NCBI RefSeq assembly: GCF_006345805.1
Contig: NC_043011.1
Coordinates: forward strand, 53,270,464-53,334,463
Length of the DNA: 64,000 nucleotides
Direction: 5' to 3'
From: Octopus sinensis
Lineage: Eukaryota
Position numbers and translations under genes: made by a program. Under the pieces are notes generated by a model. It searched no databases. It saw only the letters and a program-made list of their open reading frames with translations, and was not told where the DNA came from. Shown here one piece after another: positions 12,545 to 24,278 of the stretch; the first letter of the stretch is position 1, and each line of letters starts with the position of its first letter.

Positions 12545-12973
12545 ATACTCTTTACTCTCTTTTACTCTTTTACTTGTTTCAGTCATTTGACTGTGGCCAT
12601 GCTGGAGCACTGCCTTTAGTCGAGCAACTCGACCCCGGGACTTATTCTTTTTGTAAGCCCAGTACTTATTCTATCGGTCTCTTTTTGCCGAACCGCTAAG
12701 TGACGGGGACGTAAACACACCAGCATCGGTTGTCAAGCAATGCTAGGGGAACAAACACAGACACACAAACACACACACATACATATATATATATACATAT
12801 ACATATATACGACAGGCTTCTTTCAGTTGCCGTCTACCAAATCCATTCACAAGGCATTGGTCGGCCCGGGGCTATAGCAGAAGACACTTGCCCAAGTTGC
12901 CACGCAGTGGGACTGAACCCGGAACCATGTGGTTGGTTAGCAAGCTACTTACCACACAGCCACTCCTGCGCCT
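12545..12973 (-). mobile_element. SINE family A, full length (young subfamily)
   Basis: Complete head, body and tail; shares diagnostic variants with 53815 and 56705. Confidence 0.9.
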
Positions 12974-13035
12974 ATGGGTATATTTTGTCGGTAGACTTTC
13001 CTCGTGGTGAACTTTCTTCACAGTGAATTGATGGC

Positions 13036-13425
13036 GATGAAGAAAGGCTGAAGACGCTCGACCTTTATTCCCTAGAAAAACGCTCATTCTTGCTCACAAC
13101 ATCATAAGCAGAAAGTGTAACCTCTCGAAAGAGCTGTTCTTCACTCCTGCTCCAGAGCGTCGGCTGCGGGGTCACTCTGAAAAGCTCTATCTGCGACGAT
13201 TTCATCTCGATCGAAGGAGAGGGGCTTTCTACGTCCGGGTTGCGGATCCGTGGAATAAGCTGCCGGACGAGATAGTGAAGATGCCGACGATCGCTTGGTT
13301 CAAAGTCTCTCTTGACCAGAAATGGCCTGAACTCTTTGCATGAACACCACCCTGTACATAACTCTATGTCCCCCTACATGGCCTTGCTTTTTGCTTTTTG
13401 AGCCAAAATTAACTTGACTTAACCT
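13036..13425 (+). mobile_element. CR1-clade LINE 3' fragment (ORF2 C-terminus and 3'UTR)
   Basis: EERLKTLDLYSLEKR / LILAHNII...RGHSEKLYLRRFHLDRRRGAFYVRVADPWNKLPDEIVKMPTIAWFKVSLD; stop at 13341. Confidence 0.85.
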
Positions 13426-13766
13426 GTAATCAATTTCCTTGATTTGGGGAGACAATTTTGTTAGTTTCAGCTGTAAATCATCATGTTTTGTAATTTCAAG
13501 TTTGCTTCTCTTGGCTCATAGCAAATCCTCAAGTCACATTCAACCAAACAAAACCTACGCAGAAATGAGTCAAAAGTTCCTTTGCTGAAATGGCAGTGTT
13601 AGGATATTTCCTTTCAACTGCATCGCATAGCCACATCTTAGCACCTTTCACTTTGAACAAAGTATTTTGTATTAAAAATGGATCCCATGCACCTCCACAA
13701 TTTTCCCAGGCTCCACCAGTCAGGCATATGCCCCACGTTGGGAATCACTGACTTAAATAATGGAAT

Positions 13767-14298
13767 TATCAGGTTGAGTAAAAACTAAGCAACATTTTAA
13801 ACCATGAAGATTTTGTACTGGATTTTCTTTATAATACAGACATAGACTTGCCCAAATGCATCAATAAATTAACATTGATTTTTTTTACATCATCTGAAAT
13901 GGAACTGTCAAAGTGTGATATTCGAGCAATTTTGCTATTCAACTTCAAAAAAGGATGTAAAGAAGCTGAAACTGCTCACAATATCAATGAAATGTTTGGT
14001 GAGGAAATGACTAGTGAGTGGTCAGCTCGAAAATGGTTTAAATGATTGGTAGTGGAGACCTGAGCCTTGAAGATTGTGAGTATAGTGGACGCCCACCTGT
14101 CATCGATGATGGTCAATTAAAGACTGTTATTGAGAGAGATCCGTGTAAAACCACTCAAGAACTGGCAAAAGAACTTCAAGTTAGCCAGAAAACTGCCTGC
14201 AACCATTTGCATGTGATTGGAAAATCAAAAAAGGTCGACAAATGGGTACCTCACGATTTGAATGAAAATCAGAAAATGCGCAGATATGAAATTTTCTG
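13767..14298 (+). pseudogene. Mariner transposon 5' part (left TIR, HTH domains, WVPHDL), frameshifted and truncated
   Basis: TATCAGGTTG TIR-like start; ORFs 13848-14045 and 14042-14299 include IRAILLFNFKKG, SGRP and KWVPHDLNE. Confidence 0.85.
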
Positions 14299-14432
14299 AG
14301 GTGTGGGGCAAGTCAATTACTCTGACCCCCAGCACTCAGCTGCAGTCAGTGCCACATAGCATTTGTCTGGTGTGTTAATGATTCTGCCATCTTACCAAAC
14401 TTACATACAATGATAATGAATTGACATTGGTG

Positions 14433-14643
14433 TCAAATTTTGGCACAAGGCCAGCAAATTTGGGGGAGGGGTTAAGTTGATTACATTGACCCCCAGTGTT
14501 CAACTGGTACTCATTTTATCGACTTTGAAAGGATGAAAGGCAAAGTTGACCTTGGCAGAATTTGAACTCAGAACATAAAGATGAATGGAATTCCACTCAG
14601 CATTTTGCCCAGTGTGTTAATAGCTCTGCCTTGCTCACCACCT
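14433..14643 (-). mobile_element. SINE family B (Nin/Deu-domain-like), tail type 2
   Basis: Reverse complement contains CTTTGCCTTTCATCCTTTCAAAGTCGATAAAATGAGTACCAG and the tail TTGCTGGCCTTGTGCCAAAATTT. Confidence 0.8.
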
Positions 14644-15319
14644 TTTAGTGAATCAATATCAAGAGTTGCAATGAGATTCAACTTATATGATATTACATCT
14701 ATCACCCATTGTAGCCCTAGCAGTTCTAAGTATTGTCATGTCAACCCCACCGTTAAAATAAAGAACACAAAAATCTATTTGAGACTTTAAATGCAAAAAG
14801 ATCTATTCTTATTGTTAACAAAGTAAATGTTTTTGTTACTATAAATAACAAAGGAATGATGTTTACACCAAAATAATTTGAAGTACGTGTGAGGTGTTGT
14901 TGGATCATTTTGATGTCTTTGGTTAGTTTTACCAATTAGAGTAATCAAACAGAAGTTTATGGAGGTTTGCAACATAAAACAAGCCATTAGCAAAGTAGTG
15001 TTGCCCATGATGCCATCAACCAATTGTTGGTGTTTGCTGTAAGGGTCTATTGATTGGCAAGGCAAAGCTTAGATGTTTTGGTGATGGAGACTCCTCAACA
15101 GAAAGGGTATAACTGGTGACATGCTTGAAATTCTGGGATTGGTTGCTTCTCATCATTTGGCGTCGGCAGAGAAAATAGTGGTCTTGCCTTGATGATCGGT
15201 GACACAGATTTCTTTACTATTTATCTTCAGCTGTTACATCGCCATGATTAATTCAAAATTACACAGCAGCAATGTGTATGTGAGTATGTAAGTGTGTGCA
15301 TGCATGTATATATGTGTGT

Positions 15320-15374
<55 letters not shown>

Positions 15375-15393
15375 ATGCGTGTGTGTACAATTG

Positions 15394-16269
15394 TATGAGG
15401 TTGTTCGGAAAATATTGTCCGATTTTTTGAAAACATTTTTTTCATATTCACTTTAAGATATTATTTTTGTAGTGTTTTAAGTGAAATTTTACATGCTTAA
15501 TAATTGATGTGTACACCTTAATAGATTTTTATTGATTTCTTTCAGAATATAATTTTGAAGTATAGAAATCCTTAATTTCAAACATGAAAAAATAAGAAAT
15601 GCATTTACTTTTTTTGCATGATTTCAAGCTTCAACATAATGCTTCCCAAAAAGCTGTCAATATGAACAGAGCATGGGGTGAAGGGTCCACTAGTGATCAG
15701 ACAGTATGACAGTGATTTGAGAGATTCTGTAGTGGGGATGAGAGCCTTGAAGATCAAGAAGGTAGAGGACATCCATTCACTCTTGAACATCAGCATTTGG
15801 AAGTTTACTGTAAGCATCTGGAAGAAATGCATGTTCACTTGAGCAAAATGAGATCTGAACTTGTTAATCGAAGTAGTCCAATTCTGCTCCATGACAATAC
15901 TCAACCGCACATTTCCAGGATGACGCTGCCGAAGCTCACAGACTTGGTATGCAAGACCTTACCACATCTTCCATATTCTCCTGATCTTTCACCCACTGAC
16001 TACCACTTTTCCAATCATCTAGACCCATTTTTAAGGCAAAAAATCCCTTCAATTCCAAAACTGAGGTCAAAATCGAATTCAAGGGTTTCTTGACTCTAAA
16101 ACCTTTGGATTTTTATCAAAGGGGCATAAATTACCTTGTTAATCAATGGGAGTAGTGCATAGCTGTTCAGGGATCATATTTTAAATAACTAAACCTTTGT
16201 ATAAGTTCGGTTTTTCAAGAATATAGGCTTATTTCTAAAATCGGTCATTCTTTTCTGAACAACCTAATA
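15394..16269 (+). pseudogene. Internally deleted mariner with both TIRs and TA ends
   Basis: TIRs TATGAGGTTGTTCGGAAAA...CCGATTTT and AAAATCGG...TTTTCTGAACAACCTAATA; the translation has an HTH remnant, LLHDNTQPH and YSPDLSPTDYHF. Confidence 0.9.
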
Positions 16270-16493
16270 GATTGCCTAATTCAAAACGAAGATGGATTAC
16301 CAATATTTTTAACGGAACACTTGATAATGGTAATGTTTTTGCAGGAAACCAGTGACAGTAAGGGCATTCAGCTGTAGAACAATGAAACAATGCCTCAATA
16401 CATATTTGTCCAAACCATGTAGCATGGAAAAATGGATGTAGAACAAATATATACATGTGTATGTGTGTGCCTGTTTGTATGTGTGTGTTTGTA

Positions 16494-16524
<31 letters not shown>

Positions 16525-16530
16525 CTTTTA

Positions 16531-16853
16531 AAGACTCCGCCGGTTACGACGACGAGGGTCCCAGCTGATACGATCAACGGAACAGCTTGCTCGTGAAATT
16601 AACGTGCAAATGGCTGAGCATTCCACAGACACGTGTACCCTTAACGTAGTTCTCGGGGATAATCAGCGTGACACAGAGAGTGACAAGGCTGACCCTTTGA
16701 AATACAAGTACAACTCATTTTTGCCAGCTGAGTGGACTGGAGCAACGTGAAATAAAGTGTCTTGCTCAAGGACACAACGCATCGCCGGGAATCGAACTCA
16801 CAACCTTACGATCATGAGCCGAATGCCCTAACCACTAAGCCACGTGCCCTCAC
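16531..16853 (-). mobile_element. SINE family D (tRNA head, CORE-like domain)
   Basis: Reverse complement reads TGGCTTAGTGG...GTTCGATTCCC...TGTGTCCTTGAGCAAGACACTT; the tail recurs at 55793. Confidence 0.85.
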
Positions 16854-16940
16854 TGTATATATATATAGTGTGTGTATGTATATATATATATATATACATA
16901 CACACACACACACACACACACTCACACATGTCTTTTATTG

Positions 16941-16973
<33 letters not shown>

Positions 16974-16977
16974 TAAT

Positions 16978-18075
16978 ATATATTATATAAAAGTCAATGT
17001 TTGTGTGTTCGTGCGTTACTTATAGACTCGAAAGCTACTGGACTGATCCTAATGAAATTTGGAACACAAAATCCAAGCCTTGGGAGAAGGGTAATGCTGT
17101 ATGTTTCATACAATTTTGAGGGGGACATAAAACAGGCGGGGAGATCCCCTGTGAAAATTGATATGCTTCAGATTTTGATGAAATTTGAACCATAGATACT
17201 GGAAATAAATTAAAAAATATAACCCAAATTTCCATTTCTTTGGATAATTCTAAGACCCCCTAACAGGGGCTTAACCGCCAAATTTTTGTTATTTTTCATG
17301 GACCAAAATTACTAAATGGATCCTTATGATATTTGGAACTTAGATCCGATGCATAAGGGCGGATATAATGCAGTATGCTTAGATTGAATTTGAGGGGGCT
17401 TAAAGGGGGTAGAACCCTCCATGAAAATTCATAAATTTCCTATGCTGATGAAATTTCAACCATAGGTAATTGACACAAATCAAAAAGTATTCCCAAAGTT
17501 TCCGCTTCTCATGAGGATTCTAATGCCCCCTAATGGGGGCCTTAACTCCTAAATTTTAGTTATTTTTTATGATCCAAAACAAGGTCAAAAGTACTGAATG
17601 AATCTTTATGAAATTTAGAAATTATATTCTATGTATAAGGGTGGATATAATGCAGTATATGTTTGAAAGTGGGGTTGGGGAATAAATGAGGCCATAACCC
17701 CCATAAAAATTCATATATTTCTGATTTCAAATAAACTTGAATAACAGATATAAGACACAAATTAAAAAATATTTCCAACAATTCAACTTCCCTGGTTGAC
17801 TTTAAGAGCCCACCTAATAGGGGCATTAACTCCCTCATTTTAGAGCTCTATGTGCTCCAAGTGCTCCATTTTTCAGGAGCAAAAACCTTTGAATGGGTTT
17901 TATAAGATTTAGATTTTGGAATCTGGGCATAAAGATGAGTAGTATGGGATAAATATGTCATGATTAGAACTTTTGTTAGGGTGTATAAAGAGGGAAAGAA
18001 TCTCCATTAAAATACTTAATCTCCAATTTTGATGAAATTCGAATCATAGTTATTCCAGTTCATTAGAGAAAATAT
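16978..18075 (+). mobile_element. Helitron-like(?) element with ~3.5 degenerate ~285-bp internal repeats
   Basis: 5' ATATAAAAGTCAATGTTTGTGTGTTCGTGCG...ACTGGACTGATCCTAATGAAATTTGG is Helitron/Lep1-like; units restart near 17043, 17314, 17595 and 17890; no 3' CTAG end seen. Confidence 0.5.
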
Positions 18076-18239
18076 ACAAGTAAAGTATAATTCTTCAATT
18101 CCATGTGATGTGGGCAACGCCAAGTATCTCTGGTAGTATATATGTGTATATATATATATATGCATGTACATATATATATATATATGTATGTATGTATGTA
18201 TACATATGTGTATATATGTGTATATATATATATATTGAT

Positions 18240-18995
18240 AAAACTTGGAAAAGGATGCGTGGCATTCGATCATATAATAATATAAATAATACATAAATGT
18301 ATGCATATATACATACATATATGTACATACCTACATCTATATGTATATATATATACATGCATATATGGGTACAGGACATTAAAAAAACCGTTGACCACAA
18401 TGAGAAACGAAAACACAAAGGCAAAAACGTGGAAACAAACTTTTTTTTCAAACAACGAAAAAACAGAGTACAAGATATACAACACAAGGAATATTCCCCT
18501 TCTTCAGTTGTCCCCATTTCGTCTACTCTGCATTTCGAAGGTAAGGACAAGACGTGACTTCGTTGAAACAGTCCTTCCCACAAAGCAAATTAAATAAAAT
18601 TTGGGATCTTTTTGTGGTGGGGTAAAAGTGGTAACAAGAACAGGAGAGTAAGAACAAAACAAGGCAGTAAAAACAATACAAATAAAAACAGTAAAAGACA
18701 GGACAAAGAGAGCAACACAGTAAAAACAAACGATGAGGACTGTTAAGTCAAGACGATGGAAAAAGTATTCTGAACACTTATGGAGACAGCTTAAGAGAGA
18801 GATAGGATAAGCAGTCTGGTCTAGGTGAAGATAGCAGTTGGAAAGATGGCTTCCCTCTGATCACGTGTCGGTGATGAGAGAGTCGGGGAGGAGGAGGAGG
18901 AGGAGGAGTAAGAGAGAGGGAACGGTGGTTGTGTCTTGTCCTTACCTTCGGAACGCGGAGAAGACGAAACAGGGATAACTGAAGAAGGGGAATAT
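18240..18995. mobile_element. Dispersed repeat family H (Penelope-like), with an inverted ~60-bp terminal segment
   Basis: 18290-18560 aligns with 52040-52290; 18485-18552 is the reverse complement of ~18933-18995. Confidence 0.65.
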
Positions 18996-19009
18996 GTCCT
19001 GGGGTTGAT

Positions 19010-19742
19010 TTGTTTCACTAAATCTAAGTCGGTGCTCCAGCATGACCGCTGTCAAATGACTGAGACAAGTAAAAGAGTAAAAGAATAGATGTGTACGCAA
19101 AAGATATGAGATGTGTGTGTGTACATACATATATACATACATACACAAATACATGCACATATACATATACACACATTCATACATACAAACATACATATAC
19201 ACATACATACATTCATACTTACATACACACACATACATATACTCACACATACATACACATACATACATGCATGCATAGATACACACACATGCATATACAT
19301 CCATACATATACTCATGTTCATATATATACATGCACATACACACATACATTCATGCATACATACATACATACATATATGCATGCATACATACACATACAC
19401 ATCCATACATACACACATAACGCATACATATACATTCACACACACATATATATATACATACACATACATACACACATACATACACATACATACACATACA
19501 TACATTGATGCATACACATATACATACACGCATGCATGCATACATACATTCGTACGTACGTTGTCTGCGTCAGCATGTGTACACATGTGAGCGCATTCGC
19601 AGGCGCACTCGTGTGTGTGTGTGTGTGTGTGTTGTGTGTGTGTATGTTTCGCAATCATGTGGTTCCATAGTCAGTCCCATTTCGTGACACTTTGGCCAAC
19701 GAGGGCCTTGTCTCTGAATTTGGTAGACGGAAGCCCTACGCG
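19010..19742 (+). repeat. SINE-A tail fragment, long (CATA)n/(CA)n tract, then SINE-A head fragment
   Basis: GGTGCTCCAGCATGACCGC at ~19031; GAATTTGGTAGACGGAAG at ~19717. Confidence 0.75.
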
Positions 19743-20082
19743 CGCGCGTATGAATGCACAAACACACACACACGCGCACACACACACACAATACAAGCAC
19801 ATACACATACATGCATGCATACATATGTGTGTGTGCGCACGCGAGTTTATTGTCTGCCTGTGTTCCAGCGCAAGTAAATAGCATGTATACTTGTGTGTGT
19901 GTGTGTGTGGTGGTGTGTGTGTATAAGAGAACTAGATCTGCAGAGTCAAAGACATCTACGCTCAGAACTGACAGTTTTAATCTTAGTAATTTGACAATGC
20001 GAAAAAACACGTTCGAAAGTAACGGGGTTATCTCCCTTACAACTTTCATAAGCAGCTGTCCGATTCACACACCCGCAAAAAA

Positions 20083-20141
20083 GAGAGAGAGAGAGAGAGA
20101 TACATAATAGTATATGTTATATATATTTTTGAATACATATA

Positions 20142-20193
<52 letters not shown>

Positions 20194-20234
20194 TACATAA
20201 TAGTATATGTTATATATATTTTTGAATACATATA

Positions 20235-20288
<54 letters not shown>

Positions 20289-20329
20289 TACATAATAGTA
20301 TATGTTATATATATTTTTGAATACATATA

Positions 20330-20360
<31 letters not shown>

Positions 20361-22218
20361 GGAAGTATGCTGTGCATGAGAAGACCCGGCAAGACTAGTC
20401 AGGCCATAACCCGTGGCCCCGACCTGGGACGTAGTCAGTCCTGTGCATACCTTCCTTCTTGTGACACTTATGAAGACCTGTGAGGCAAGTGAAAATCAAA
20501 TCAAATCAAAACAAATCAAAATAGATGAACATCAGTGGAATGTATTCTTTGTGGTACCAGTGCCGGTGGCACACAAGAAAACCACCCAAACGTGGCCGTA
20601 ACCAGTACCGCATCGACTGGCCTCCGTGCTGTGGGCACAACAAACACCATCCGATCGTGGCCGTTCGCCAGCCTCATCTGGCACCTGTGCCGGTGGCACA
20701 TAAAGACACCATCCGAAGACCCGGCGACGTAGTCGTCCACCTGTGCATACCTTCCCTCTTATGACACTTGTGAAGACCTGTTGAGGCAAGTGTGTGACAC
20801 TTGTGAAGACCTGTTGAGGCAAGTGAAAATCAAAAATCAAAAATCAAACCAAATCAAAATAGATGAATATCAGGGAATTTGTATCTTTGTGGTTCCAGTA
20901 CCGGTGGCACACAAGAAAACCATCCGAAGTGGCCGTAGCTGGTACCGCATCGACTGGCCTCCGTGCTGTGGGCCACAACAAACACCATCTGATCGTGGCC
21001 GTTCGCCAGCCTCACCTGGCACCTGTGTCGGTGGCACATAAAAACACCATCCAAAGACCCGGCGACGTAGTCAGTCCACCTGTGCATACCTTCCCTCTTA
21101 TGACACTTGTGAAGACCTGTTGAGGCAGAGGCAAGTTGTGACACTTTGTGAAGACCTGTTGAGGCAGAGGCAAGTGTGTGACACTTGTGGAGACCTGTTG
21201 AGGCAAGTGTGTGACACGCGTGACACTTGTGAAGACCTGTTGAGGCAAGTGAAAATCAAACCAAATCAAAATAGATGAACATCAATGGAATTTGTATCTT
21301 TGTGGTTCCAGTACCGGTGGCACACAAGGACACGCGTGACACTTGTGAAGACTGTTGAGGCAAGTGAAAATCAAACCAAATCAAAATAGATGAACATCAA
21401 TAGAATTTGTATCTTTGTGGTTCCAGTACCGGTGGCACACAAGAAAACCATCCGATCGTGGCCGTTCGCCAGCCACATCTGGCACCTGTGTCGGTGGCAC
21501 ATAAAGACACCATCCGAAGACCCGGCGACGTAGACAGTCCACCTGTGCATACCTTCCTTCTTGTGACACTTGTGAAGACCTGTTGAGGCAAGTGACACTT
21601 GTGAAGACCTGTTAGGCAAGTGAAAATCAAATCAAATCAAAACAAATCAAAATAGATGAGCATAAATGGAATTTGTATCTTTGTGGTACCAGTGCCGGTG
21701 GCACACAAGAAATCATCCGAACGTGGCCGTAGCCAGTACCGCATAGACTGGCCTCCGTGCTTTGGGGACGTAACAAACACCATCCGATCGTGGCCGTCCG
21801 CCAGCCTCATCTGGCACCTGTGTGTCGGTGGCACATAAAAACACACATCCGAGCGTGGCCGTCTGCCAGCCTCGTCTGGCACCTGCCAGCCTCATCTGGC
21901 ACCTGTGTCGGTGGCACATAAAAACACCATCCGAGCGTGGCCGTCTGCCAGCCTCGTCTGGCACCTGTGTCGGTGGCACATAAAAACACCATCCGAGCGT
22001 GGCCGTTCGCCAGCCTCGTCTGGCACCTGTGTCGGTGGCACATAAAATCACCCACTACACTCTCGGAGTGGTTGGCGTTAGGAAGGGCATCCAGCTGTAG
22101 AAACACTGCCAGATCTGACTGGCCTGGTGCAGCCTTCGGGCTCCCCAGACCCCAGTTGAACCGTCCAACCCATGCTAGCATGGAAAACGGACGCTAAATG
22201 ATGATGATGATGATGATG

Positions 22219-22249
<31 letters not shown>

Positions 22250-22290
22250 TACATAATAGTATATGTTATATATATTTTTGAATACATATA

Positions 22291-22348
<58 letters not shown>

Positions 22349-22514
22349 TACATAATAGTATATGTTATATATATTTTTGAATACATATATGTGTGTGTGT
22401 GTGTGTATATATATATAGAGAGAGAGAGAGAAAGAGAGAGAGAGATACATAATAGTATATGTTATATATATTTTTGAATACATATATGTGTGTGTGTGTG
22501 TGTATATATATATA

Positions 22515-22549
<35 letters not shown>

Positions 22550-22591
22550 TACATAATAGTAATGTGTATATAATATTTTTGAATACATATA

Positions 22592-22645
<54 letters not shown>

Positions 22646-22686
22646 TACATAATAGTATATGTTATATATATTTTTGAATACATATA

Positions 22687-22740
<54 letters not shown>

Positions 22741-22781
22741 TACATAATAGTATATGTTATATATATTTTTGAATACATATA

Positions 22782-22839
<58 letters not shown>

Positions 22840-22880
22840 TACATAATAGTATATGTTATATATATTTTTGAATACATATA

Positions 22881-22932
<52 letters not shown>

Positions 22933-22973
22933 TACATAATAGTATATGTTATATATATTTTTGAATACATATA

Positions 22974-23029
<56 letters not shown>

Positions 23030-23070
23030 TACATAATAGTATATGTTATATATATTTTTGAATACATATA

Positions 23071-23126
<56 letters not shown>

Positions 23127-23186
23127 TACATAATAGTATATGTTATATATATTTTTGAATACATATATATGTGTGTGTGTGTGGTG

Positions 23187-23223
<37 letters not shown>

Positions 23224-23275
23224 TACATAATAGTATATGTTATATATATTTTTGAATACATATATGTGTGTGTGC

Positions 23276-23290
<15 letters not shown>
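20083..23290. repeat. Composite minisatellite (~95-100-bp unit, 14 units) interrupted by an RTE insertion
   Basis: Unit (GA)n-TACATAATAGTATATGTTATATATATTTTTGAATACATATAT-(GT)n-(AT)n; 3 units before 20361 and 11 after 22220. Confidence 0.95.
20361..22220 (+). mobile_element. 5'-truncated RTE LINE 3' end with a greatly expanded 3'UTR
   Basis: Starts at the last ORF2 codons (YAVHEKTRQD*), carries repeated UTR blocks, and ends with GGAAAACGGACGCTAAA(TGA)n. Confidence 0.9.
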
Positions 23291-23309
<19 letters not shown>

Positions 23310-23321
23310 TATATATATATT

Positions 23322-23714
23322 CTTTCTTTTTCTTTTATTCTTTTACTTGTTTCAGTCATTTGACTGCGGCCAAGCTAGAGCACCGCCTTTTAGTCGAACA
23401 AATCGACCCCTGGACTTATTCTTTGTTAGCCTAGTACTTATTCTATCGGTCTCTTTTGCTGAACCGCTAAGTCATGGGCGCACAAACACACCAGCATCGG
23501 TTGTCGAGCAATTTTGGGAGGGGACACACACACACACACACACACACACATACGACGGGCTTCTTTTCAGTTTCCGTCTACCAAATCCACTCACAAGGCT
23601 TTGGTCAGCCCGAGGCTATAGAAGACACTTGCCCAAGGTGCCATGCAGTGGGACTGAACCCAGAACCATGTGGTTGATAAGCAAGCTACTTACCACACAC
23701 CCACTCCTGCGCCT
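23322..23714 (-). mobile_element. SINE family A
   Basis: Full head, body and tail alignment. Confidence 0.85.
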
Positions 23715-23869
23715 ATGCATATATACATTCACATGTACATCTATATGTGCATATGTATCCTTGTTCTCCTTCTAGCCTTTACTTGCTTTGATCATTGGAC
23801 TGCAGCCATGCAACGTCAACCGCCTTGAAAGGTTTTAGTCAAACACATTCACTCCAGTGCTTACTCTTT

Positions 23870-24278
23870 TACTCTTTGTTTTTACTCTTTTACTTGTTTC
23901 AGTCATTTGACTGTGGCCATGCTGGAGCACCGCCTTTAGTCGAGCACATCGACCCCAAGACTTATTCTTTTGAAGCCTAGTACTTATTCTATCTGTCTCT
24001 TTTGCCGAACCACTAAGTTACGGGGACGTAAACACACCACCATCGGTTGTCAAGCGATGTTGGGGGGACAAACACAGACACACACATATATTTATATACA
24101 TATGCATATATATATATACGACGGGCTTCTTTTAGTTTCCGTCTACCAAATCCACTCACAAGGCTTTGGTTGTCCCGAGGCTATAGTAGAAGACACTTGC
24201 CCAAAGTACCCAGCAGTGGGAATGAACCCAGAACTATGTGGTTGGTAAGCAAGCTACTTACCACACAGCCACTCCTGA
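23870..24278 (-). mobile_element. SINE family A
   Basis: Full alignment; extra degraded tail fragments at ~23765-23830 and ~24400-24480. Confidence 0.85.

Noticed and set aside
11730-13700. Possible exons near 11740-11930, 12395-12475 and 13450-13650
   Set aside because: Several frames and both strands are equally plausible, splice sites are weak, and no protein was recognised.
14900-15240. Protein-like minus-strand reading (SVEESPSPKHLSFALPINRP...)
   Set aside because: No convincing acceptor site and no recognisable homology.
19925-20075. Unique stretch open on both strands (MKVVREITPLL...)
   Set aside because: No donor site or recognisable motif; the ORF length is inflated by flanking microsatellite.
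21890-22045. HDV-like ribozyme in the 62-bp unit (CCA-GCCTCGYC-TGG resembles P3/L3)
   Set aside because: I could not find P1 or P2 partner strands or a J4/2 segment in the unit or its neighbours.
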